In this document: positions 1 through 6,843 of the stretch, in pieces | Layout: every line of letters begins with the position of its first letter | How positions within the stretch are numbered: position 1 is the first letter of the stretch | Origin: Candidatus Babeliales bacterium | GTDB lineage: Bacteria; Babelota; Babeliae; Babelales; Vermiphilaceae | Direction of reading: 5' to 3' | Assembly (NCBI GenBank): GCA_044451405.1 | Contig: JBIOKB010000021.1 | Location: 1-16,015 of the forward strand | Length of the DNA: 16,015 nt | Notes under the pieces: generated by a model | Database searches by the model: none | What the model was told of the DNA's origin: nothing | What the model saw: only the letters and a program-made list of their open reading frames with translations | Position numbers and translations under genes: made by a program

Positions 1-549
1 CGGACGCTTATGGTTAAAACAGCGGTTTATCTGGGCCTTGATCTCAGAGTAAGGAGCAAAGGTTAAGCAGCCAAAAAATCCAGTAATGACCGGGTGGGAT
101 CCATGAACAAGGGTGTAGAGGAATGCTACGCCGCCAAAGCCCCTAGTTGCAAGCTCATCAGCAGCAGGGACCTCAAGCACATGTTTATGAACTAATTCAT
201 GTTTTAAGGTAATGGTGCTTATCGCTTTTGCGGAGTTTTGGAGTGCCTCAGAGGTAATATTAATCTCTTTTAATTTTTCGGCAGCAGAAGCACCTAAAGC
301 TGCAAAAGATTCTTTCAAATTCAAAGCAGAAATTGCATCTTTAAGAGCGGTAGATTTACCAAGTACTTCAGCAAATTCTACAAAATGGTGGGTGGCTTGC
401 GGCAATGCAGGCATATCGATTTTGAAGGGAACAGTGCCTGACAGAGTTATGGGTAGTTTTGTTGCAGAAGCAGGTATTTCTTTACGTTCTTGAGCACATA
501 GTAACGTCACGGAGCAGAAGATAGTGGCGCAGAGTATTTTTTTAATCAT
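1..549 (-). CDS. Hypothetical signal-peptide protein with hydrophobic C-terminal region, partial (3' end outside window), >=183 aa
   Basis: Manual translation from ATG at 549 gives MIKKILCATIFCSVTLLCAQERKEIP...GFGGVAFLYTLVHGSHPVITGFFGCLTFAPY..., with no stop down to position 1. AGGAG Shine-Dalgarno lies just upstream, overlapping the TAG of the preceding gene. Absent from the ORF track because its stop is outside the window. Confidence 0.85.
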   Translation of the reverse strand, partial: MIKKILCATIFCSVTLLCAQERKEIPASATKLPITLSGTVPFKIDMPALPQATHHFVEFAEVLGKSTALKDAISALNLKESFAALGASAAEKLKEINITSEALQNSAKAISTITLKHELVHKHVLEVPAADELATRGFGGVAFLYTLVHGSHPVITGFFGCLTFAPYSEIKAQINRCFNHKRP

Positions 550-558
550 AAAAAACTC

Positions 559-1098
559 CTATGATTTTGGATTGCTAAAATAATTGCGAATACTGGTATG
601 CATAATGGTTGCTACACCAATGATTATTAGGGCACTTCCATAGCCCAGTAGTTTTACGGTATTAACTTTTTTTGAGGAATTATTATTTTCGTCATCGGTG
701 CTATCTGCTTTAAGACCTTGATACACGAGCATAATGCCAGCTGAAGTAACTATTAATCCTGCAGTTGAAAGCAAAATATGCGGTACTGCTTCAACAAGTG
801 CATCTCTTGCGGCTTCTTTAAATACGGGCATTTTTTCATCGATGACATTTTTTAAGGCAGGTACAACTTTGTCTTTTAAGGTATCTCCTAATGCAGGAAT
901 AACTTCGTCTTTTAATACAGGAATAATATTATTTTTAAGTTTTTCGGCAGCATCAGCAACAGTTTTTTTAGCTGCTTCATCTATGAGGACATCAAGATTC
1001 TGAATTTGAAGACCAGATGCCTCTTCAGCAGTATATGTGTGATGGATGCTGAATACACAGAGTATGGTTATGATGGTAACCACAGAGAGTTTTTTCAT
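559..1098 (-). CDS. Hypothetical membrane protein: signal peptide, Pro-punctuated amphipathic repeats, two C-terminal TM segments (179 aa)
   Basis: ORF track 559..1116. ATG at 1098 is preferred (MKKLSVVTIITILCVFS, preceded by AAAGGG). Hydrophobic segments ILLSTAGLIVTSAGIMLVY and LLGYGSALIIIGVATI. Confidence 0.85.
   Translation of the reverse strand: MKKLSVVTIITILCVFSIHHTYTAEEASGLQIQNLDVLIDEAAKKTVADAAEKLKNNIIPVLKDEVIPALGDTLKDKVVPALKNVIDEKMPVFKEAARDALVEAVPHILLSTAGLIVTSAGIMLVYQGLKADSTDDENNNSSKKVNTVKLLGYGSALIIIGVATIMHTSIRNYFSNPKS
781..939 (-). repeat. Intragenic degenerate peptide repeat LKxx(I/V)(I/V)P(A/V) x3, followed by further Pro-punctuated helices
   Basis: LKNNIIPV, LKDEVIPA, LKDKVVPA. 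Also visible in the DNA as recurring gtcttttaa and caggaataa/caggtacaa. Confidence 0.7.
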
Positions 1099-1109
1099 AA
1101 ATACCCTTT

Positions 1110-1133
1110 TGATCACATGATTGCATGTGATCA
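1110..1133. repeat. Perfect 10-bp inverted repeat (hairpin or operator)
   Basis: TGATCACATG-attg-CATGTGATCA. On the minus strand it begins at the TGA stop of the 1131..1499 gene and ends immediately before the RBS of the next gene. Confidence 0.7.
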
Positions 1134-1499
1134 GCTATTAAGAAAGTCTCTTACTTGCGGATGAAATATAGTAAGAATACCCGCTGCTAATAATGGGACT
1201 CCATAACCAAATAATGTTGATGCGTGAAGTCTTGCTGAAGCATCTCCTGATTGAGGTCTGCTGTGCGCTATTGCTCCTGTAGCAATAAGCACCAGTGCAG
1301 CTGAACTTGCAACAAATCCGAGACTTGATACTAACATTGCTTGGATTTTATATACATTTAATGAAGGTATGTTAACTTCAACAGAAAAACTAGAACCTGG
1401 GTGAGATTTTTCGTCATGATTTGGCGTACATACGAGTAATGAAGAATTACTTGCCAACAAAATAACCAATATCAGATGAGTAACAATATGCTTTTTCAT
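1131..1499 (-). CDS. Hypothetical membrane protein: signal peptide plus two TM segments, probable paralog of 559..1098 (122 aa)
   Basis: MKKHIVTHLILVILLA N-terminus with AAAGGG RBS. TM segments LVSSLGFVASSAALVLIATG and LFGYGVPLLAAGILTIFH align with the neighbouring gene. Confidence 0.85.
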   Translation of the reverse strand: MKKHIVTHLILVILLASNSSLLVCTPNHDEKSHPGSSFSVEVNIPSLNVYKIQAMLVSSLGFVASSAALVLIATGAIAHSRPQSGDASARLHASTLFGYGVPLLAAGILTIFHPQVRDFLNS

Positions 1500-1546
1500 A
1501 GAAAACCCTTTTCTTTTGAGACGATCTGGTTAGATCTTTTTATATG

Positions 1547-1575
1547 ATTATATAGAGAGCGCTCAGTCGATGAAA
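1547..1575 (-). promoter_or_regulatory. Putative sigma70 promoter for the 1499/1098/549 genes
   Basis: Minus strand TTTCAT-N17-TATAAT (perfect -10, weak -35), about 50 nt upstream of the ATG at 1499. Confidence 0.45.
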
Positions 1576-1592
1576 AGAATATGGCTTACTGC

Positions 1593-1616
1593 AAAATAGT
1601 GTGCCAATAGCACACC
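1593..1616 (-). terminator. Possible intrinsic terminator downstream of the 1677..2222 gene
   Basis: Minus strand GGTGTGC-tattg-GCACACT followed by ATTTT; short stem and weak U-tract. Confidence 0.35.
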
Positions 1617-1676
1617 TAAATGCAGGCACATAACGTATACTATTTTTAATGTATGTGCAAGTGGGGCTTCCAGTGC

Positions 1677-2222
1677 TTATTTTTTAAACATGTGGGGTAT
1701 TAATTCCAATCCAAGACCGAAACCAATGAACCAAAGTCCGGCAGCAATATGGCGCACGCCGCGTGAAGATGTTAATCGAGAACAACACGATTTTCTTGGT
1801 TCTTCTTCATCATCTTCATACGTTAACAATGGAGTAGATGATGAAGCATGAGTTGCCTGTATGGATGCAGCAATAGCTTCAGTTTTTCTTCTACGTAACC
1901 CTTCTTCGAGCGCTTCTACTGCAGAAGGTGAGGGTTTTTTATTAGTACCTATGAGCTCAGTTATGCCCATTGAGCAAGAACCAATACCGTATCCAAAGCA
2001 GGTTATTGTTCCTGCAATTCTTATGAGAGCCGTTTGTGTTTCAGAGGGAAGATGTACTGTTAAAGGGGCATGCACAGTGCCATTGACATTTATATCTGCG
2101 GTGTAGTCAGCTCGAGTGCCGCTGTGTGGTATATTGTCTTGGAGAGTCAGCTGAGAACTATGTACGGGGATAATAAATATAAGACATAAGCTACAAAAAA
2201 TAGTAGGTAATATACGCTTCAT
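1677..2222 (-). CDS. Hypothetical membrane protein: signal peptide, two Gly-rich hydrophobic segments flanking a charged low-complexity loop (181 aa)
   Basis: MKRILPTIFCSLCLIFIIPVHS N-terminus with AAGGA RBS. Hydrophobic segments LIRIAGTITCFGYGIGSCSMGI and IAAGLWFIGFGLGLELI. Confidence 0.85.
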   Translation of the reverse strand: MKRILPTIFCSLCLIFIIPVHSSQLTLQDNIPHSGTRADYTADINVNGTVHAPLTVHLPSETQTALIRIAGTITCFGYGIGSCSMGITELIGTNKKPSPSAVEALEEGLRRRKTEAIAASIQATHASSSTPLLTYEDDEEEPRKSCCSRLTSSRGVRHIAAGLWFIGFGLGLELIPHMFKK

Positions 2223-2267
2223 AGATTTCCTTTTTTATTATCAAAGAGAGTGACCTATTCTGCGTAA

Positions 2268-2296
2268 GTTATATACAAGTTGTTGGTAGTTAGCAA
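2268..2296 (-). promoter_or_regulatory. Possible sigma70 promoter for the 1677..2222 gene
   Basis: Minus strand TTGCTA-N17-TATAAC; the last base of the -10 deviates from consensus. Confidence 0.35.
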
Positions 2297-3886
2297 TTAT
2301 TTGCAGCGATGTAATAGATATAATGTAACGAGCGTAAGAACTAATCCCGGAACTAATGATGCGAGCCAGCAGGTGAGTAATCCATATGAACACGTGTATC
2401 CCGCAATAATGAATGAAACTGCTGCACATATGAGCGCAGGTAATGCATACGGGAGTTGTGTTTTAATATGATCAAGCACATACGCGCCGCAACTTGCAGC
2501 AGCCATGACGGTAGTTTGAGACAGTGGTGAAATATGATCACCGCATACAGATCCAGCAAAAATAGCGCCCAGCAGTGGAAATAATAAGGGAAGTTGATCA
2601 GGCGTGAGTGGTCCGCTGGTAGCCGCATAAGCGGTTAAAATAGGCAGTGCAATGGGTACCAGCAAGGTAATGGTTCCCCATGATGATCCGGTAATAATTG
2701 AGCACAATGAAGCAACGACAAATACCGTGAACGGGAGTAATGCAATGGGTAATGAACCAAGCAGATAGGATGCAATATAATCACCCGTATGCAAATCTTC
2801 CCGCAATATGGCCCCAAGGGTTGAGACTAACATGAGCATGATGATGGCTGAATAAATAAGATGGTACCCTTCTTTGCCGATAATTGGTAATTGCCAGAGG
2901 TGAATTTTCCCTTGTATCCACGTAAGACCGAGAGTGAATATAATGGTAACGATGCTGGCAACAAAAAGAATTAAGCCCGTGTAACAATTATTTTGGAGCG
3001 CTTCCACAAATGAATGAGTGCCTCCAAACAGGTAAAATCCACCTGCATATAAAATGCCGCAGATGATGATTCCAACAAGGAGAGCAAGTGGTAGTACCAG
3101 ATCCACAAGAGAACCGGTTTGAGGATTTTCTTCTTCCTCTGTGTGTACCGTTAATGGTGCTTTGCCGCCAAAAAGGTTGTGAGTTTGTTCAGCAATAACT
3201 TCTTGTGTGTGCATAGGGCCAAAGGAGATATTTCTATGAACAATGAACCATACAGACCCAACTATGAAAAGCGAATAAAAAATAAAGGGAATCGCTTGGA
3301 CGTAGATAGAAAATGGGTCACCAATAATGGTTGTGTTTGCGTTTATAAGTGGAGAAATCCCGGCTTGATCAAGTTGTCCGGTGATCATGGCAACCCAACT
3401 TGAAATAGGCATGAGAATAACAAGTAGTCCTGACAGACTGTGTACTAAAAAGGCAAGCTTCACACGCGGTATATAAAATTTATCACTTAAAGGGCGCATG
3501 ACGTATCCAACATTAAGAGTACTCAGATAATCGTCAATAAAGAGTGACATAGACATGAGGATGGTTGATATTTCAACGGAACGCTTACTCCGTAAATGCT
3601 TGGTGAGTGCATGAGCAAAACCTTTTGCACCTCCCGTTTTATCAAGAATGACAATGAGGGTGCTAATGGCGAGTAAAAAGCCATACAGGTAGATGCTATC
3701 GAGACACACTACATGTTCATAAAGACGTGTGAGTAGATGTACTATAGTGGCGAGAATATTACCCTGGGTAGCAATACCAGCAGCCACCACGAGGCCTATA
3801 AGCAGCGAGGCATTCAGGTGACGGGTCATAAAAGCGGCAATAAGTACTATAAAGGGAGGGAGAATAACAAGCCAACTGGTTTGCAT
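2297..3886 (-). CDS. Na+/H+ antiporter NhaC family (ion transporter superfamily) polytopic membrane transporter; substrate uncertain
   Basis: 529 aa with many TM helices. Family-like motifs: LPPFIVLIAAFMTR, FIDDY, KLAF..., PISSW, TGSSWGT, GDHISPLSQTT, HIKTQLPYA. AAGGA RBS. Confidence 0.85.
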   Translation of the reverse strand: MQTSWLVILPPFIVLIAAFMTRHLNASLLIGLVVAAGIATQGNILATIVHLLTRLYEHVVCLDSIYLYGFLLAISTLIVILDKTGGAKGFAHALTKHLRSKRSVEISTILMSMSLFIDDYLSTLNVGYVMRPLSDKFYIPRVKLAFLVHSLSGLLVILMPISSWVAMITGQLDQAGISPLINANTTIIGDPFSIYVQAIPFIFYSLFIVGSVWFIVHRNISFGPMHTQEVIAEQTHNLFGGKAPLTVHTEEEENPQTGSLVDLVLPLALLVGIIICGILYAGGFYLFGGTHSFVEALQNNCYTGLILFVASIVTIIFTLGLTWIQGKIHLWQLPIIGKEGYHLIYSAIIMLMLVSTLGAILREDLHTGDYIASYLLGSLPIALLPFTVFVVASLCSIITGSSWGTITLLVPIALPILTAYAATSGPLTPDQLPLLFPLLGAIFAGSVCGDHISPLSQTTVMAAASCGAYVLDHIKTQLPYALPALICAAVSFIIAGYTCSYGLLTCWLASLVPGLVLTLVTLYLLHRCK

Positions 3887-3977
3887 GAGGATCCTTCATA
3901 AAAGAATGCAGATATAACGCATGTTCTAGTGTATAGGGAATGAGCTCTGAGTTAAAGAAATTTAGGGGATTCTGGAT

Positions 3978-4006
3978 TTGACCGCGACTTGTTTTTACCG
4001 TACTCT
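3978..4006 (+). promoter_or_regulatory. Putative sigma70 promoter of rplM
   Basis: TTGACC-N17-TACTCT, about 70 nt upstream of the rplM start. Confidence 0.65.
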
Positions 4007-4075
4007 AATAAAGCTTCGTTCGTAAAAAATCTAATCAAGTACTTTAAAAATATATCTTAGGTAAGGCCATAATCC

Positions 4076-4501
4076 ATGGACATGAACAAATCATTTATTC
4101 TGAAAACAAAAAAGCCATCCTGGAAAGTTATTGACGCGGAAGGTCAAGTACTCGGACGCTTAGCAAGTAAAATTGCTGATATACTGCGCGGCAAAGATAC
4201 CCCAGAATATACTCCGTCAGTTGATTCAGGCGACTATGTGGTAGTCATTAATGCGGATAAGGTAGTGCTTACCGGTAATAAGATGGAAAGCAAAGTCTAC
4301 GCACGTTACACGGGCTGGATTGGTGGGTATAAAACTACCACCCCGCAAGAGTTATTGAGCAAGAATAAAGCGGAACAAATTATCGAGTTGGCAGTTAAAG
4401 GTATGTTGCCTAAGAATAAATTAAACCGCCAAGTTATTAAGAAATTAAAAGTCTACTCAGGAACTGAGCATCCCCATAAGGCTCAGGTAAACACCAAGTA
4501 A
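4076..4501 (+). CDS. rplM: 50S ribosomal protein L13 (uL13)
   Basis: W.VIDAEGQVLGRLAS, YTPSVDSGDYVVVINA, AVKGMLPKN and HPHKAQ motifs. Confidence 0.98.
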   Translation: MDMNKSFILKTKKPSWKVIDAEGQVLGRLASKIADILRGKDTPEYTPSVDSGDYVVVINADKVVLTGNKMESKVYARYTGWIGGYKTTTPQELLSKNKAEQIIELAVKGMLPKNKLNRQVIKKLKVYSGTEHPHKAQVNTK

Positions 4502-4522
4502 TTATTCTCATTAGAAGATAAT

Positions 4523-4550
4523 AAAGAAGGCCGGCTAAACCGGCCTTTTC
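4523..4550. terminator. Bidirectional intrinsic terminator between convergent rplM and rseP
   Basis: AAGGCCGG-ctaaa-CCGGCCTT, followed by TT on + and by CTTTATT on the minus strand. Confidence 0.8.
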
Positions 4551-4565
4551 TGCGTATGAACGCTT

Positions 4566-5741
4566 TTACTTGCCTAGTAAAGCGCGTAGATGGTCAATAT
4601 ACGGAGCTAACATGCGGCCAAGATCTTTGGCGCTTAATATAACGATGAGCGCTAAGAATGCGACCCAGCAGGCAATGTGGATGTATTCTTTAACTTTGAT
4701 TGGTAACTGGCGCCCAGCAAGAGCTTCAATGGTGTAAAATACGAGTTGTCCGCCATCAAGGATGGGTATGGGAATGAGGTTTAGAATAGCGAGATTAACG
4801 CTAATAAGAGCGAGTAATAGCAAGAAGATTTTGATCCCTTGTCCAGCGCTCATTGATATTGCTGAAAGAATAGAGATAGGGCCGCCAAGTTGCGATGTAT
4901 CGCGGCTTGCAAATAGGTGTCTGAATGCTGAAATGGTCATGACAATCCAGCCATTAGTGACGGTAATTCCCTGTTTGATTGCCTGTATAAGGGAAAAGGG
5001 TGGAAGGTCTTGGGGGACAAAGCCAACACCTAGGTACCCCAGCGGTGATCCCATAACATCCTTGGTGCCAATAACAAGGGGAACTTGGGTACGGCTTCCC
5101 TCACGCTCGATCATGATATCAATCTGGTTACTTGGATGTTCACGTACGTATTTGAGTGCAGTTGCTATACTCTCTGCATGGCGTTCTGAATTGTCGTTAG
5201 GAATGATGACGCCGTTAATTTCAAGAAGGGTGTCGCCAGCTTTTATGCCACTATGAGCAGCAGGCGATTCAGGTTCAACTGAAGCCACGCGTGACGATGC
5301 ATTAAGCGGGTATAAAAAGTTGCCTTTAGGAGCGCCAGTGAGAAACACGAGGCATACTGCCATATATGCAAAAGCGAGGTTAAAGATGATACCTCCGAGC
5401 AAAATGAGTGCTTTTTGGTACCAAGGTTTGATAGCAAATGAGCCTGCATCCTGAGCATACGCATCTTTTTGTTCTCCTTGGCCAACCTCTGAAGCACCCG
5501 CAATTTCTACATAGCCGCCAAAGGGAATGGCAGATACTGAAAATTCGGTCTCGCCTAGTTTCTTACTCATAAGTTTAGGGCCAAATCCTATAGAAAATGA
5601 TGGGGTGCGAACGCCAAAGAGCTTGCAGAAAAGAAAGTGACCAAGCTCATGAAATCCGATAATAAAGCTAAAGCCAACAAGTCCGGCGATAATAAGCCCT
5701 ATGTTTTTGGTAATTAAGCACAATGAGGGCAATAAAGTCAT
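4566..5741 (-). CDS. rseP: RIP metalloprotease RseP-like (peptidase M50, site-2 protease) with one PDZ domain
   Basis: HELGH zinc motif, FSIGFGP, AIPFGGYV, PDZ-like VEPESPAAHSGIKAGD, GGPISI and NLIPIPILDGG. AAGGAG RBS. Confidence 0.93.
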   Translation of the reverse strand: MTLLPSLCLITKNIGLIIAGLVGFSFIIGFHELGHFLFCKLFGVRTPSFSIGFGPKLMSKKLGETEFSVSAIPFGGYVEIAGASEVGQGEQKDAYAQDAGSFAIKPWYQKALILLGGIIFNLAFAYMAVCLVFLTGAPKGNFLYPLNASSRVASVEPESPAAHSGIKAGDTLLEINGVIIPNDNSERHAESIATALKYVREHPSNQIDIMIEREGSRTQVPLVIGTKDVMGSPLGYLGVGFVPQDLPPFSLIQAIKQGITVTNGWIVMTISAFRHLFASRDTSQLGGPISILSAISMSAGQGIKIFLLLLALISVNLAILNLIPIPILDGGQLVFYTIEALAGRQLPIKVKEYIHIACWVAFLALIVILSAKDLGRMLAPYIDHLRALLGK

Positions 5742-5833
5742 TTGGACGCTCCTTACAAGTAGAATAATACTATGTTATGAATGCAGTAAGGGTACCATTA
5801 AATAGGTAATTAAGTCTATGGCCTATGCATTTC

Positions 5834-5861
5834 TTGAAAAAAATCGCAAAAAGGGTAAAAT
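5834..5861 (+). promoter_or_regulatory. Putative sigma70 promoter of the str-S10-spc superoperon
   Basis: TTGAAA-N16-TAAAAT, about 100 nt upstream of rpsL in the divergent intergenic region. Confidence 0.55.
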
Positions 5862-5963
5862 ACTACTACCTTTTGTTACGTAATTTTCGTATTCACGAGC
5901 AAGATCTAGATTTGAATTAATTCATACCAAATCACTGTTAACCTTTTTTAGGAACATGTAATT

Positions 5964-6335
5964 ATGCCTACGATAAATCAGCTGTGCCGTACGGGGCGCA
6001 AGAGAGTTAAGATAAAATCTAAAAGCCCTGCACTTAAAAATTCCCCACAAATACGGGGTGTGTGTACGCGTGTGTTTACGCAGACGCCAAAAAAACCAAA
6101 CTCAGCGCTCAGAAAAGTTGCTCGTGTTAAGTTGTCAACAGGGTATGAGGTTACTGCCTATATTCCGGGAGAAGGACACAATCTTCAAGAGCACTCTGTT
6201 GTGTTGATTGAGGGTGGCAGAGTTCCTGATTTGCCGGGGGTAAAATATCACATTATTCGTGGTACATTGGATGCAGCTGGTGTTGAAAATCGTAAGCAAG
6301 CCCGTTCACGATACGGCGCTAAGCGTCAAAAATAA
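5964..6335 (+). CDS. rpsL: 30S ribosomal protein S12
   Basis: [31 protein letters not shown] and DLPGV motifs. Confidence 0.99.
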   Translation: MPTINQLCRTGRKRVKIKSKSPALKNSPQIRGVCTRVFTQTPKKPNSALRKVARVKLSTGYEVTAYIPGEGHNLQEHSVVLIEGGRVPDLPGVKYHIIRGTLDAAGVENRKQARSRYGAKRQK

Positions 6336-6347
6336 AGAGGATTGGCT

Positions 6348-6830
6348 ATGCCTAGACGTAAAAGAGAAAGTCAAAAAAGAAATATTGGTGTTGACGCAGT
6401 ATATGGATCTGAGCTTATTCAAAAGCTTATCAATGTAGTTATGTGGCGTGGCAAGAAGAATGCTGCGCGTGCTATTGTATATGAAGCGCTCGACATTTTG
6501 GCAAAAAAATATCAAGGGGACAAAGGCAAAGCGCTTGATGTGTTTAATCGCGCAATGCATCAATTAATGCCAGCAGTGGAGGTGCGTGCGCGCCGTGTTG
6601 GTGGTAGTGTGTATCAAATTCCTCGCGAAGTTGCTCCAGAAAGAGCTCGTGCACTAGCTATTCGTTGGTTGATCGGTGCTGCAAAAGAACGTTCAGGTGA
6701 AAGAATGGGTATTAGAATTGCCCATGAATTGCTTGATATCAATGAAGGTCGTGGCGCGGCAATCAAGAAAAAGAGTGACGTGCATAAGATGGCTGAATCA
6801 AATCGTGCGTTCTCGCACTATGCTTGGTAA
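6348..6830 (+). CDS. rpsG: 30S ribosomal protein S7
   Basis: MPRR start (ATG at 6348 after GAGGA), RRVGGSVYQIP, HKMAESNRAFSHYAW. Confidence 0.98.
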   Translation: MPRRKRESQKRNIGVDAVYGSELIQKLINVVMWRGKKNAARAIVYEALDILAKKYQGDKGKALDVFNRAMHQLMPAVEVRARRVGGSVYQIPREVAPERARALAIRWLIGAAKERSGERMGIRIAHELLDINEGRGAAIKKKSDVHKMAESNRAFSHYAW

Positions 6831-6843
6831 GCGGGGAGCCTAG

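Noticed and set aside
1626..1658. GCACATA...TATGTGC inverted repeat in the 1500-1676 spacer
   Set aside because: Only 7 bp with a 19-nt loop in AT-rich DNA; compatible with chance, and no sRNA evidence.
212..2106. Plus-strand ORFs 212..493, 734..1003 and 1861..2106
   Set aside because: Antisense shadows of minus-strand genes that have RBSs and signal peptides; no recognisable motifs.
2241..3403. Small ORFs 2241..2429, 2280..2471, 2353..2628, 2635..2817, 2781..2987 and 3179..3403
   Set aside because: Alternative-frame or antisense overlaps of the intact NhaC-family gene; no independent support.
3887..3977. Possible amino-acid riboswitch or T-box upstream of the NhaC-family gene
   Set aside because: The intergenic region is short and shared with the rplM promoter; no riboswitch consensus or terminator is visible. 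Only a weak TTTAAC-N17-TACACT promoter candidate (3928-3956, minus strand) was seen.
4762..5503. ORFs 4762..5256 (+) and 5243..5503 (-). I checked whether the + ORF could be the missing rpsI.
   Set aside because: No S9 motifs (GRRK, GGG..GQ, C-terminal SKR); both lie within rseP, and the + ORF is downstream of the terminator.
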